DNA from: the human T2T-CHM13v2.0 reference genome, Homo sapiens
DNA length: 64,000 nt
Reading direction: 5' to 3' (one strand)
NCBI RefSeq assembly: GCF_009914755.1
Contig: NC_060926.1
This document shows, one piece after another, positions 11,093 to 27,315 of the stretch. Both the position numbers and the translations under genes were made by a program. Every line of letters starts with the position of its first letter. Positions within the stretch are counted from its first letter, which is position 1. The notes beneath the pieces are model-generated. The model searched no databases. It was not told the origin of the DNA and worked only from the letters and a program-made list of their open reading frames with translations.

Positions 11093-11612
11093 TGTTTCAG
11101 TTAGAATTGTTTTTGGTTGCAAGTAACTGAAACTCAAATTTAAAAGGCTTGAGCAATTACAGGTATTTACTAGTTGGTGTAATGGAAAATTCCAGTGACA
11201 GGGTTTGGCTTGATCCAGCTGAACAGTGTCACCAAGACTATCTTCATACCTTAGTATGAAGATCTTAGATGCTGTATTCACCTAAGGCTTTTTAAAAATC
11301 TTTAGATGGTCTCCCCTACCTCCTAAGGGTACAAGTTCAACTACTTCCAGCAGGAAAGTCAGAGCCTGTTTTTACAGCAGCTCTATTGAAATGCTAGTAT
11401 CTACTCCAGTTGTGCATGTCTGGTCCATGTGACCATCACTAAAAAGATATCACTGTGGCTAAAGGGATGGGGCACACTGATGCTTAAACCAATGAGAGCC
11501 CTTTTGGAGCTAGAAGAGAAGTCTATGTTACCCAAATTGCTCAGAAAATTTGGGGCACTGTACTTTAGAAAGAGAAAGGGTGCTTGGGAGTCAGACAACA
11601 AATGTTAACTAC
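11093..11612 (-). mobile_element. MaLR solo LTR (MLT1K/L-like)
   Basis: Begins 'tcagttagaattgttttggttgcaagtaactgaaactca', contains 'ggcttgatccag' and 'atcactgtggctaaagggatgggg', ends 'aaatgttaactaca'; typical of antisense old MLT1. Confidence 0.7.
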
Positions 11613-14600
11613 AAAAGTAAATCTTTGACATTTATCAGATTGTGACTCTTCTGCACTTTTTATGTTTTATAATATCCTACACAGAACAGCATAGCATTCA
11701 CTACACAGTAGGTGCAATATGAATAATGACATTAGTAAAACATAAAAATACAGAGAATAAATGCTTCCTAATGCAATACATTTCAAAATGACAAGAAGAA
11801 AATAAAATTTATGAATAATATTTAAATAAACTTGGCATTTTAAATACTCATTGTGAACATAGGTCTGTGTTTGTTTTGTTTAATTTTGTTTTTGTTTTTT
11901 TCATTTCCAAAGCACCATATATTTTGAACACATATGGAAGGGCATATGGTTCCCTAATATCTTAAGTGTGACTTCATCATTTTATTGGAGAATTTTTTAA
12001 TATTTAAAGATACAACTTTTAAACAGGGTGGCCATATAAGCTAGTTTGCTGAGGAGATGCCTGGTTTATGCTTTGCTCTTATGTGGGTAGTCTGATTTAA
12101 AAAAAAAAAACATTTTGGCAACATGTATATCCTAAAGAAATCTGAGACAAGGGAAGTACCTAATCAAATAAAAGTGAAGTTAAATAGGCATACTCTTTGT
12201 GTGAGCAAAGAAATAGTTCAATTTATCATGTTGTAAGAAACACAGCACTGCTTCTAACATACGAAAGAAAATTCATTTGAAGCCACAGCTGTTGTGCTTT
12301 AGGGATTTGGATTAAAACTCATTATTATCTTTCTGTTAATACTCTCCCCTGGACCAATCAGTGGTCATATGGTGTTTACAGACCCTGAACACTGAACTGA
12401 CTTGAATGGCCTTTGTATTACAATACAATCAGATTATGTCTAATCTAAATGCTGTGTGTCCTTTATAGGACAGATGAATCCTAATCCCCCATTTACAAAA
12501 GCAAAGCCAGTCTAGTTCCCAATGGCTATCTATTCACCATTTCCTGTTTTGTTTTGTTTTTCAATTTTTGAGTGACAGATATCAAAATAAATTTTAAATT
12601 CACTCAATCTAAAGTTAGTGTAAAAAATACTTGGTGGTTTTGAGCAGTGGTCAAAGCACTTCTTTTTTGATAGTCTAAAATGTGTTACTACAGAAACACA
12701 ATTCTTCTCCTTCTAAAGAATAAAGATTAACAAAATAACCACCCCCCAGTATTCTAACAGTTTAAAGGCAAGATTTAAAAGCATCTCATTTCCTCTTTCC
12801 CAAATTACTTGTAAGGTTATCTTGAAGCTCAGATTAGTTAGCTGTGCCTAGGCTTTATCAGTTAAGGAGTAATGATGTTTTAAAGCAGAAGTCCCCACAA
12901 GATGACTCACCAAGCCATCTGAGAATGGACCTTTCTGCCTCTTGGAGTTTCATTACAGTGTTGTCAAGTCTTGCTTCACTGTGAGTCTCTGAAATAGGAC
13001 GCCATTTTCAAGGAAATGAGGGAGTAAAATACCACTGATGACAACAACTCCTCCCTTCCTTAACTCATGGCTTCCACCATCTGCGAACCCCAACTTTCTT
13101 CCCGTTTACCACTTCAGGATTGCCCCCCCATCTCTGTCCTCCCATGATTCTAGGAATCATTGTCAGTATTCTGATGCCATCCCCTTCCTCAGCTCGGCAG
13201 CTTTATTGACACTAAATTTTGGGTATTCTCCTTTTTAACACCTCTTTTGTCCTCCTTTTTACATCACCTCTGTGAGCCACCTGACCAGCAAATGAGAGCC
13301 TAAAATTAGAAGAGAATAGGTAAATAAGTTACCAAATTATGAAAAACAGCTGTCGAAAATTCAGCTACCACCCTCACGTACAACAGAGTTTAGGGTTTGG
13401 AATTGTCAAACAAGAATGGAGTTCAATGTTTAAATAGACAAGGAAGAAACTTTTCGAAAGGTATCGGGAAGGGGAGGAGTATTTTAACAAAGACTGATAG
13501 TGCTCTGTTTCTTGATACAACTCTATAAAGCCACAAATAAAACAACAACAAAGCATGCAAGAGCTTTGATGCCCTCACGGGTTTTCTTCAGGGATAGAGG
13601 TAGAAGGCTGGCTTGTTAACAATGAAAAGACACCATTCTAACTCTCACTTGATGACTGATTTCATTCCTTTTAGAATACTCAGACACCACTTACCCCAGC
13701 CCCATCCATCTCTGTGAAGCAAAGAGGGCTATTGATAGCCCTGCAGAGAAGCGAAAATACTCCCAATAGGCACCTTTAAACTATGCAGCACTCTCCCTTA
13801 AAGCAGGGGGTCAGCAGCAAGATATTTCTCCACAATGCACACAATAGATCTAAATGGACCTAAAATGAACAGGTAGGTTTTGTTTCATTCTTTTTTTTAA
13901 TTTGCTTTGTAAATTATTCAGAAAAAAATTCTTTAACTTGCCTGGATTTCTCTCACTGCCTAGCACCTCCCCACAAAACATATACTAAAAATAAATACCA
14001 ACTGCTTTTGCATCTATAAATAATGCAATAAGAAAGGTAAATTTGAAGCTAAAAATTTATAAGGCATACATCAAAGACAAATCCAGTTGACTTTGGTGTC
14101 TGTATCAATTCAAAACTTCAAATCTTTTGTCCATTCCACACTTAAGTTCCTAGCATGGTCTAAATACTACAGTAGAATAAAGACAAACTGGAAACTCACC
14201 CTACACTGAGTCTTAAACCTAACAAAGAGGCACAAAATTATCTAAGAATTTAAGATGATACAGTACACTATAAGAGACTGATAGAGTCTTCAAGCTGTCT
14301 TCAATTAACTGACATCCCATCAAGTACCAGATACTTTATTAAGCACTAGAAATACATTAGTCAGAAATATGTAAATATGATAGGCATGCAGGGGAGAAGG
14401 AGCAGCTAGAGCAAAGACTAGTTCGTGTGGAAAAACCAATGTCCGAGGAGCTGCAAGAAGCTGGGTATTTTGGAGACAGTGTGATAGGGAGGGTTGGGGA
14501 AGAAGGGGTAAATAGACTTGGGGAGAATCCAGATCACCTTGGGCCTTCTATTCTTTCCCAGGAAATCAGAATTCTGTCCCGTGAGCAATAAGTCACAAAA

Positions 14601-14939
14601 GACTTTTAAGCAAGGATCTCTCTTCTATTAATTCAAATATCTGATAGTTGATTTCATAACAACACAAATACCATTTTAATGAAATGATTATGTATTTCTA
14701 TCAGTGGGAAATCTGTGTTTTATATTTATGTAAATATAAATAATTATTTATTTGAAAAATATAATTCTCAAATGCAAAATGTAAATAATTTAAATAATGT
14801 TAAATAATCTTTAAAAAATAAACCTCACATATCTCTTACAACCAGAACTGCCCCGCATTTCCTAGGTTCCTATCATTAACTGCTCCCTATTAAATGCTGC
14901 CTTCACTGGAGCCAAAGTTGATGTAAACATTGCCTTTCT

Positions 14940-15440
14940 TCTAGCATGCTGTTAAAACATAACATACATGCATACAAGCAAACATCATAGAACCTATGAA
15001 TTGTCACGACGTGAACGTGTCCCATGTAGCTAGCATCAAGATCGACAAGATTACCAAAACCCCAGATGCCTTCTCATGCCCCCTTATAATCATTACCTGC
15101 CTCAAGGGTAACCACTACCCTGACTTTTGATACCATGGGTTATATTTGCCTGTTTTTAAACTTCCTATAAATGCAGTTATGTAGAATTTATTCTTTTGTG
15201 AGTTTTGTCTGTGTTGCTGGGTATAACTGTAAACTATTTGTTTTCATTTATGTAAAGTATTGTGTTTTTATGAATATATCATTTTATGAATATTTTATAA
15301 ATATATCATTTATTTATCTAGTCTACTATCAATTGATATTTGAGTATTTTTCAGTTGAGGGTGTTATAAATGATGCTGCTATGAACATTCTTGTGTTTGG
15401 TGGAACATAGGTACATATGCCTATGGAATTGCTGGGTCTA
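14940..15440 (-). mobile_element. L1ME-like 3' fragment, antisense
   Basis: 'gggtaaccactaccctgactttt', 'tttgcctgtttttaaactt', 'atgctgctatgaacattcttg', 'ggaattgctgggtc'. Confidence 0.7.
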
Positions 15441-16579
15441 CCTTATTTATTTTTTGTAATGTCAATACTTTTAGACAGAGGGCAAGTGTGAGATAATGAT
15501 ATGTGGGAAACTATATAATAGGATAAGAGGTAAAAATACATCCTACAAAGGACAGCTAAACAAAATCCAAATGCTAATCATTAAATTGCCCATTAATTCC
15601 TTCACCATGAGCCCACCATATTACACACAACATTTAGCGATAATGGCCTGTATTTGAAAACTCCTTATTAAAAGTAAAAACATGACCTCATTTCTGCTTT
15701 GTAGCTTAAGTAAATTTTTTTAAAAGAAATAAATCCTTTATTCACTTTTTGTTTCAGATGATTTGGTTTAATACTAAGCAAACCATCATAATGTGAGTGG
15801 CTACATTATTGGAAAAAAGAATACCAAGACAATCGAAAAGGGAAGATTTGGATAAGAAAAGGCTCCTGGTTTTCATGAAGTTTGAGAGTATGAAAATTAC
15901 GAATCACTTCAAGAACTTTAAAATCTTTTCTTTAAACAGGCCTATGTAACCAAATCACTGACAACTGTATTTCTGAAAATATTTCACAAAACTGGCATGA
16001 TTTGAAATATATGGGTTTTATGGATTGCCTGGGCCCTGTGCCTAGAAATATTTCCAGAGATCATCTCACGTTTTTATTCCTAGGATCAACAATGTCAGCA
16101 GATGTTAAGGTTTGTTAGCCAAGTACAGTGATTTAAAAAGAAAGAAAGAGAATGAGAAAGAAAGAAGAAGAGAAAAAGAAAAGAAAGGAAGCCAGGTTCA
16201 TTTTAACAATCTTCCAAACCAGTAACTCAAAGGATGGGATGGATTAAAAAAAAAAAAAGTTTTAAGAGAGCACAACTATTTAAACAAGAGCAGTACCAAA
16301 CATTTTAATTAAGGAATACAACCAGCTCCAAATCATACACACCATTCTAGTCTTTCCAAAACGTCCCAAAATACAGTAAAAGACCAAATGTCAAAATACC
16401 TCACTGAGAAAACAATTTTATGTTCTAATAATATTTCTCTTCATAGTGAAGAGACTATTAGCTGAAAAACAATATTCTCCTAGGTCTTCAGTGATTAAAA
16501 TATCTTCCTATAAATATATCCAAGAATAATGTAAATTCACTTACCAGAGTGAAAATTAAACAACTGTACATACATATAG

Positions 16580-18255
<1,676 letters not shown>

Positions 18256-18429
18256 ACTTTTATTTTTTATTTTCAGGCAGTTAAAGATATGTAAAAATAT
18301 TTGTAATACTCATGAAATGGGAAACAGAGAAGTTGCACATGAATCTTGAACTAAAAATGCCTGGATTGTATGGACTTCCTTTTCCAGGCAGTATCAGTAG
18401 TAATAATTATGATAATAATGATGATAGAT

Positions 18430-18620
18430 AATAGTTACTATGCATTTACAAAGTGCCAGGTACTGTGCTGCAAATTTTATACACTAATTTAATTCTCACA
18501 TAACCTTATGAGGTAGGTATCCTTGTTTTCTAAGGAAACAGGAGCTTTCTCCAATTCACATAGCTAGTAAATAGTTAGCAGGCTGACTGACTCCGTTCTG
18601 CACTCTTAACCACAGTGCTG
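18430..18620 (-). mobile_element. MIR SINE
   Basis: 'gtgccaggtactgtgct', 'atttaattctcacataaccttatgaggtaggtat', 'cacatagctagtaaat', 'ctcttaaccac'. Confidence 0.75.
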
Positions 18621-20559
18621 TATTGCATTTTACTGCCATAGCGAAGATCCAGCAAAACTGCATGAACATTTCCACTTAAGATGCCAAAACTTACAGGATC
18701 AAGTTGCTTTGAAAAAAAAAAAAAGGTAAAAATCGCTTATCATCTAAATTAAGATTTTTTGTTTTTAAAAAATCTATCTTTAGAAATACATACACTTGGA
18801 AATACGTGCATCAAATGAAAATATAATCTCTAATTTTCCAGAAGTAAACCTCCTTGCAAGCAGATACCAGTGCTCTCATGGGCCCATAACTTTGCTTAAA
18901 TGCTCCTTCCAAGAGAAGAAAGGAAAGTCAGTTCAGCAGTAGCAAGTACTGGGTATTTGGGCAAAGGGTCCAAGCCCTGGATCAGGAGTGGGGAGGCCAT
19001 TATTGTAGTCCAAGCTCTGCCACTCCTGTGCCAAGCACATCTGTCTCTTGAGATCTCAATTTATGGACTCATAAAGAGACTGATAGAGAAAATCTCTGAC
19101 TCCCTGCTATTTTTCTGATTCATGCATTTGGAAGCTTGAAGATTATTAATTCTTGTGACAGAAAGAAATAGTTCAGGCATAAGGCATGAACAAATTATGA
19201 TAGGGTGTGGAGTTTCATTTCAATTTAGGCAAGACTGCCCGCATATAACATCCAGCTGTGGGTCTGAGGATATGTGGCAGAGCCTCCTTCCATCGACAAG
19301 TCTCAGTAGCAAGCACAGCAGTCAGATTAATTAAACTGTGTCAGGATTAGGAAGATGAGAGTTGGACAAGTCTGGCCTTTTGCTATATTTACAAAGGAAT
19401 CTTCCTTCTCCTACCACGCCCTCTCCCCCTCCTCCCACCTTGGTTCCCCAGGACACTAGGCATCCATTCCAGGATATTCCTTGAAGTTCCCTACGTGCTA
19501 CAACAGATTCACTTCTCCTTTTAAAATGCAGTCTCACTACAGCTCTTCTAGGATTTAGAAGGAAAGCAATCAGATTAAAATGCATCAGACTACAGTATAA
19601 ATGACTGAAAGGAGCTTAACACTTCCAGGGTCAGTATTTGCATGTAAAAAAAGTTAATGTATATAAACCTTTCAAAAGTGGAATTTAGATAAAAGCAAGT
19701 TTTGTGGAACTTTCAAAAATAATTATTAGGTTTTAGGAAAGGAAAGGGCACTATTCTAGGCATCTTGCCTTAGTCTACCAAGTCAGAAAGCAAATCCAGA
19801 TGTCAAGCAACCCACCACCTCATTTTCAAAAGCTTACAAATCCACATTCTAGCCACCCTGTGAGATTCCAGGGTATGCATGATCTTCAGGCTAATGATTT
19901 AAATAACCAACTTAAATGGCCAAGTATACATTTTATAATAATCATCACATTCCACACTAAATCAAAGCATCCTAGAATTAAAATAAGATATGCTTAGAGA
20001 AAATAGTCAAGACCTAACCGAATACACATTATGCAATTAATTTTTGTTGCATGAGTAAATGAACCATGCTGAATTGAAGTGATTTTGCTGACATTACCTT
20101 CAACAAGAAATGTTTTATTCATTCGAAATTCCTCTGCTTTGGGGTGAAAATAACAATGTTATATAAAATATTTTTCAAGGTTAATTTATAGCTTCTTTAA
20201 AATCTGCACAACCCATTATTTCACATTTCTCAGAGTATATCACTTTTTAATATAGTCCTTATTATACAGAGACAAAGTATCCAGAGAAAAAGTGTGTGTA
20301 TGTACATGTATATGTGTGTATATATATGTATAAATGTATGTATGTATAGGTGTATATATATTCAATCAGATACTTGGTTATAATTCTATTTAGGCACAAT
20401 TGAATATTTGACCAGATTTTTCAATTTTCAGTTTTTGTTTCCCCAAATGTGCCCATATTTTGACTATTTCAGGAGAATACACAGAAAAACCACACAAATA
20501 AAATGTTCTTTTAAGTTTTCTTTGAAACTATTTCAGATCTCACAAATAAGATGTGGTAG

Positions 20560-22572
20560 CTAGAAAAACACTGCTCTATAGATGATGTATACCTAAAAAA
20601 ACAATAAAAACGTATACACAGTATTCTGCTAAAAATTAGTATACAACTCTCAGATATAAATTTAAAAGATTTACAATTAAAGAAGAAAGTAATAATGCAG
20701 AATCAAACCAAGAAGAATTATTATTTGGATGGCCCTTTAGAGTTCTACAAATGTACTGATACCCCTTATGCCGTTTGATAAAGCTGTCCTATTCACTGAT
20801 GGTTACTATACACAGTTGCCTTATTACATTTTAAAGCTAAAAATGACTAATTTTTTTAAAACACCTGGTAGTACTGAATATGCCTTTTTATACATTTTTG
20901 ACTTTTGAATCAGGTTAATGTTTTACATATTAAAAAGTTAAATTTAAATAAGAAAGGATGGAAGAAACTAAAATTGAATTCACTCAGAAAAAAATGAACC
21001 TAATTATATATCCAATAAATAACATAACTGTACAGAAGAAAATAGAAAAAGAATGCAGGTAACTTGTGGACATAGCGTATGACTTTATATCATCAATGAA
21101 ATACATTCTAAGGGCAAAAAGAACTGCAGAGATCTTGAACTCAGTGAGTTTGTTGTTGGTATTGATATTGGTGTAGCAATTCTAAAATTAGGGAGTGGGT
21201 TATTGTAGCCACAAACAAGTAAATATTAATACATTCATGTTATTGGAATCATGGTTTTCTCTGTGGGAGGAGATACAGCTACAGAATGAGGGAAGGAGAA
21301 AAAGAATGCTGTGGTATGGGATTAGAATTAGAGGTGTCAGTAAGTACTCATAATCTTATATATGTATGTGTGTGCACTGAATAGTACTAAAAGCAATGAT
21401 ACCCCCATCCTGGAAGCAATAACATCCCCATAGTAATAAACATAGCTAGTTCCCAGATTTTGGTTTCTAAATACCACTCCCCATTAGAAGAAGCCAGAAC
21501 CTTTTGGAGAAATCAGTGATTACTGGTCTTGAGCAGGGAAAGTACAAAGTGAGCCTGAACCTCCTTCTAAGCTAGACCAAAAAAAGTGGCTTGGGGAGAG
21601 TGCTCAATAACTAATTAAAAATATCAGCCTGAAGGGGCTCTTACTAGTCAAATTTGGGACAATTACAACATCAGAATGTATTATGATAGGAGTGAATGAT
21701 AAATAATGACTTTTTTAAAAATTACTGAGTCCATACTGATATTTTAAAACGAAAGACGGGGGGAAAGTTTTTCTTCACAAAGGGAAGTCAAATAATGAGT
21801 GTACAGGGAACAAGAGAAATGGAGAGTCATCATTTTTACAACCACCATAGTAACAACTGATTCTGGAAAGAGGCACCTGTGGATGCTAACCTCATTAGGT
21901 GAAAGGCTATTAGAAAACAAGATATTCAGAATCTTAGTTATTGATTGCAAAAGAGAAAAAGATATCTTTACAATGGGGAAATCTGGCAAATACACCTTTA
22001 CCAAATAATCAAGTTTAATATCATCAACAAACTAACATCATAAGCCTCCTGGTATTATATACTATGAAGGACACAACAACGCCCATGAAGGATGCCTAAT
22101 ACATTTAGCCAAAATCTACTCAGGAGGAAACTTCAGACACGTCAAAATTGAGAGATACTCTGCAGAGCAGTTGGCTTGTCTCTTCAAAAATGTCAATATC
22201 ATAAGGAACAAAGAAGGCTGGGGGACTACTCTGAATTAGAGGAGACTAAAGAAATAGGACAATAGAAAAATGAGCTATAAAGGACAAAATTGGGACTATC
22301 TGGAAAATGTAAGCATAGGCTGGATAGTAGATAGAAGTATTGTATTGTTAAATTTCCTGGACATGACCGGATACACACTGAAGTATTTAAGGGTGAAATG
22401 TCATGATGTCTACAACTAGCTTTGAAACACTTTAGCAAAAACAAAACCAAATGTGTATACAGAAAGAAAAGAGATAAAGCAAAAGTGGCAAACTGTTTCC
22501 AATTGTTGAACCTAGTGAAGGGTTTACGCAACTTTTCCATCTATTTGTAACTTTTCAAAGTAAAATGTTGGG
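20560..22572 (+). mobile_element. L1MC3/4-like LINE-1 3'UTR
   Basis: Long degenerate L1MC-type 3'UTR ('cccagattttggtttctaaatacc', 'tttacaatggggaaatctggcaaatacacctttaccaaataatcaag', 'gaagtatttaagggtgaaatgtcatgatgtct'), ending 'tttcaaagtaaaatgttggg'. Confidence 0.75.
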
Positions 22573-22899
22573 CAGGGGGAAGGTGGAAACCCTTGAGGTA
22601 ATAGGACACTTTTTATATGTTCTGGCCTTAGAACTTTCTAGCCCATATTATTCAGGTAGGGCCTAGACCTAATGGAATACACATAAGCTAAATACGTGCA
22701 CCATAGCACCTTCGATGTGCTGGTGGTGGGGGGGCCAGGAAAACTATGGCAAAGGTCTAAGGAATACGACGCTTGCTAACATTCCTCACTATGGCCATAC
22801 CAACCACTGCACTATCTGCCCCTGTCAGTTCTCAATTCCTACCTCTTCTCACCCTTATGCATTAGTCCCCATCCCCACTTCCTTCTTCTGTTTGTCATT

Positions 22900-23520
22900 A
22901 TTGTTAAGCTTGTTCTTTCCTGGAACTGGTGTTCTCTGTGCCCTGTGCTTGGGAAGTTCTGCCTCTAGACCCTTCATATCATGTGGGTCCTGGCTGGGGT
23001 GTCACTCTCTTGGCAGGCTTTCTCTGACACCAATTCTACTCTAGCCCCTCACTTCTGGCACATGTCTCAGAGCACCTTGTTTAAAGTTGTTATTATGATT
23101 ATTATTTTGTAGTAAGAACACTCCACATGAGATACACCCTCTTCACAAATCGTTAAGTGTATAATACATACTATTGCCTATAAGTGAACGGATAAATAAA
23201 ATGTGATACATACATACAATGGAATTCTATTTAGCCTTAAAAAATATAAGGAAATTCTGAAATAGGCAACAACATGGATGAACCTTGAGGATATCAAGCT
23301 AGGTTAAATAAGTCAGTCACCAAAAGACAAAAATATTGCATGATTCCACTTACGTGAGGTTTCTGAAATAATTTCATAAAGTTGTTTTCCATAATACTCA
23401 CCACATTACACAGTGAGAAATTATCATGTTTATGCATTTACTTATCATTTGTTGTCTGTCCTCTGATGAAGGGATCTTGCCTCTCTTATCCACTGCTGTA
23501 AGCCCAATCCTCAGTTTAAT
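22900..23520 (+). mobile_element. L2 3' end, interrupted by an L1 fragment at 23092-23376
   Basis: 'ggctttctctgaccac' before and 'atttacttatcatttgttgtctgtc...cactgctgtaagccca' after the insertion. Confidence 0.55.
23092..23376 (-). mobile_element. 5'-truncated, 5'-inverted L1 (L1MA9/L1MB-like)
   Basis: Antisense L1 3' terminus with degenerate tail (23092-23176) joined to a sense L1 3'UTR piece (about 23180-23376), flanked by direct repeat taaagttgtt (23082-23091 / 23377-23386). Confidence 0.75.
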
Positions 23521-23733
23521 GTATTTCATAAACACCTGTGGACTTCATAGACCCACAGTGTTAAAACACTGCCAAACCCTGCAGGTTAAACTCTGTATTG
23601 CTTCTACTGGAATATTTGCATTTAGAGCAATAAAATAAAAATGTAAAATAAGAGAATTTGAGTCAGAAGCCTCTCTCATATTTCTTGTAAAAAACTATTT
23701 CAAGATATCTGAATCAAGGTTCTTGCGTTTTCT

Positions 23734-24044
<311 letters not shown>

Positions 24045-26824
24045 TTGTGTTTTCTAATGAAACAAAAGTATACTTGCAAACAATCACAGCAAACTGGGCC
24101 TTCCTGTCCTTGTAACAATAAATAAATGAGGGAATCCAATTGCTGCTTCACTTGCCCCCAGCACCCCAGTCACCAGCCAGAGAAAAGCATTAAACGATCA
24201 GAGGTGGGAAACTATTCTGCCTTTCCAGCTCATTAAATCATACATCATTTTTACATGTAAGCCACCAGGCTATAAATCACGTAAGACAGAATGAGAGCTA
24301 ATTAAAGGGTCAGCTGAGCATATAATTTTTAATTCCTAGGCACCTAAAAACTGAGATTGACAATAAAATGTGATAAAACTCAGAATCATTTGCTAACTAA
24401 TAAAGCAGGGATTTTCAAGCTGCCAATTTGCTAAGCCAAATTTCAAGCTGCCAATATTTAAAGTAAACTATGTGGAATATAATATTTCTATGATAATGAA
24501 CTATCAATCATTTACCCTAGCATACTTCATTACGATGTGCTTGGATTTTATTTCTTTTATATTTTTGGTAAGGATTACAAGGTCAAAAGAAATATCAACA
24601 AATTGTGTTCTCATTTCAGATTGAAATTCACTCCTGACATAGAAAGTATTATTGTTAGTTAGTATTTATATAGCATCTCTTTTCTAAAGCACATTCAGGA
24701 AAAGCAGGTTAGTAGAAAGAAATTCACTTGTCAAAAGGAAAACTAAAATGGAATAAGACCAACATGGCCAAGGTCACTAAACAAGTCAGCAACTGTTTTG
24801 AAAGCAAAGCCTGAAGAGACAGCTGACTCACCGTGGTTTTCCCTCCTCCAAATATACTGCTTCATCTAAAAGGTATTTTGAGGGTATTCGAGTTTACGCA
24901 TTTTATATTTGCCCTCCTCACAACAAAGTGCTTGCATGGTTTTAAAAGAAAACACTCATTATCTTACTTAGACACAACAATAAATATCAAGCCTATTTTC
25001 CTTTTAAAGCTCTTTATAGTTATAAAATAAGGCGTGTAATCTAACACATAGAGAACAGTAGAGTTAGATATAAACACTAAGGTTATTTAAAAGAAGAAAG
25101 GTAATAACGTTCTATCATCACTATAATTTAATAACCAAAAAAATAAGCTGCATTTTCAGAGTTGTTGCATTATAATTGAAATTTTATCTTTTAACTTTAA
25201 TACTACTTCAGAATCACAGCTAAAAGAAACTAAAATTTTAAGTGCACAATATACCTACAATTTATTAATTCTTTAAAAACATAAATCTCTGATATTTCTT
25301 ATTCAAGGCCCAGTGTAGAAAAAAAAGTCTTTCACTCTGGAATACAGAGGTGAATAAAATAAGAATTCTTGTGTTATACAGATCAAGGTTCCAATGCTGT
25401 GCTTGTTTTTAAATCCTTTTTTTCAAATAAAATGATAAACATTTCTCTCCATGATCAAATAACTATGGGAGACTAAAAGAAACCACAGTCTGAGAAAAAC
25501 ATATTCAAAAGATTACTTGGATCTTCCCTAATCACATGTCCCAAGCATGAACCACTGATTACAACGCTAGTACTTCAGTTTGTACAAAACAAGAAAGCCT
25601 GCACAGCAAATGCTGCTTATACAATAGATTTATCTTTTTACCCCTCACACCACAATCTTCATACACATGGAGCGCCTAACTTCTAATCACATGGAAGGTG
25701 TGGTTACTATCCTTTTGGTTACTATTCTTTGCTCCACATCATCCCAGTATCATTGTTACAATACATACAGCTCCTTCCCCTCTGCAACTCCAAAGGAAAT
25801 GCTTGCTATGTTACCATTTCCAAAACAAGATTCCTCGGGAAAGGAAAGCACATGCTTCTCTGGGATGTAAAGCTATATATAGATAGATATATAAATATCT
25901 ATATGGCTAGATCTATAAGCAAAAAATAGCTAACAAGAATACTGGAAGCTTCATGATATCTCCAGTCTGTCATATTCAAGCACTATTCACTCTTCTCTGA
26001 AAAATAATCAGCAATTTGTAATTTTTTCATGACTAGAATCATGAAAGGTGAAATTATATAAAACTACCTTCAAAATACAAGTTTTGCTTAAAATATGAAC
26101 CAATAATAATTAAACTAGAGCTAAATATGAGTTATTACTGTAAACCAAAAAAAAAGGGGGGGGGGGGCATTTTGCTGCTCCTTGCAAAAGTGTGGTCCTT
26201 TTAGCCCCGGCACTATATATTCTGTCTTAACTCAGAAAAACAAAGAATCCTATAAACAGTCTGAAGGAGGAAAAATATCTAGAATCAGCCTTCAATCTGA
26301 ATTCTTTCTGGAGAATTCTTCTAAAGAAGATTCACACCTGGATCCAGAAGAGAACTGCTTAGCTGTAGTCAGCTGACAGCCTCTCTCACCTATCCTTGAA
26401 AGCGTATTTGGCATTCATTAAAAACCAGCTACAAAAGCTGTAGCCAGTGAGCCATTACATGATTCCTGGGTCTTTGCACTCCAATTAACCTCCCAACATA
26501 CCTAATCTCGAGGACCTTACCAGAGAGAACTGTGAGCAGTTGGAGTCTTCCCCACCACTCACACCAACTTGGAGCTCTCTTCCATTAATTTTTATTAGTC
26601 AATGGATCACAAAAGAAATGACCTTTCTGGGCCAGAAAAGGCATACTATCCTTATTCAAAGTTATTTTTAAACTTAATATTCCATGCCATAATTTTATGA
26701 TATTTGAAATATGAGGTAAAACATTAAAATGGACATTTCATAATGTATCTGTTTATTCTAGTTCTTCATCATTTAAATCTTTACCATTCACAGACACTCA
26801 AAAATCTCAGTGTTTCAGACGGCC

Positions 26825-27315
26825 ACCTATATAAGTTAGGGTCCCAGTGGGAAGGAAATACAACATTCAAGTTGGAGCAGTCTGAAGAGGGTTTATTTAA
26901 AGAACTATTTACAAGCACACAGTCAGAGTGTAGAGGAGCCACAAGGATACTGCAGGAACCAAGGACTAAAGAAGGGGTGTTTCACCACCCCTACGCCCAA
27001 GGGGAGAAGAGGAGATGGTAGTTACTCAAACCTGGAGAAGAGAAAATATGGTGGGAGAGGCCACCTTGAGAGAAACAGAGGCCATCACAAGACACAGCCA
27101 TGATGTGGTGCCCTTCCAGGGAGGGATCTGGGGAATAAACACCCTGATCTCAATCTCTTCCCTCCCTCCCATCTCCCGCCAACATTTCTCATTAGCCAAA
27201 CCCATTTTAAGTGTTAAGACAGTGGGCAGAGGAATACAAAGAGGTCAGCTTCCCAGAGCACAGGGTAGACAAGGGTGAGGGTCGATCTGGAAGGGCAAAT
27301 GGAAGATACCTGCAT
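26825..27315 (-). mobile_element. ERVL-type solo LTR (LTR33-like)
   Basis: 'tagggtcccagtgggaa', 'gaagagggtttatttaaagaactatttacaa', 'gaggtcagcttccca', 'gatctggaagggcaaatggaagata'. Confidence 0.65.

Noticed and set aside
24413-24455. Tiny tandem duplication tttcaagctgccaat x2 (also tcctgata x2 near 57253) and AT-rich quasi-palindrome at 25871-25920
   Set aside because: Ordinary slippage and low-complexity products with no further structure.
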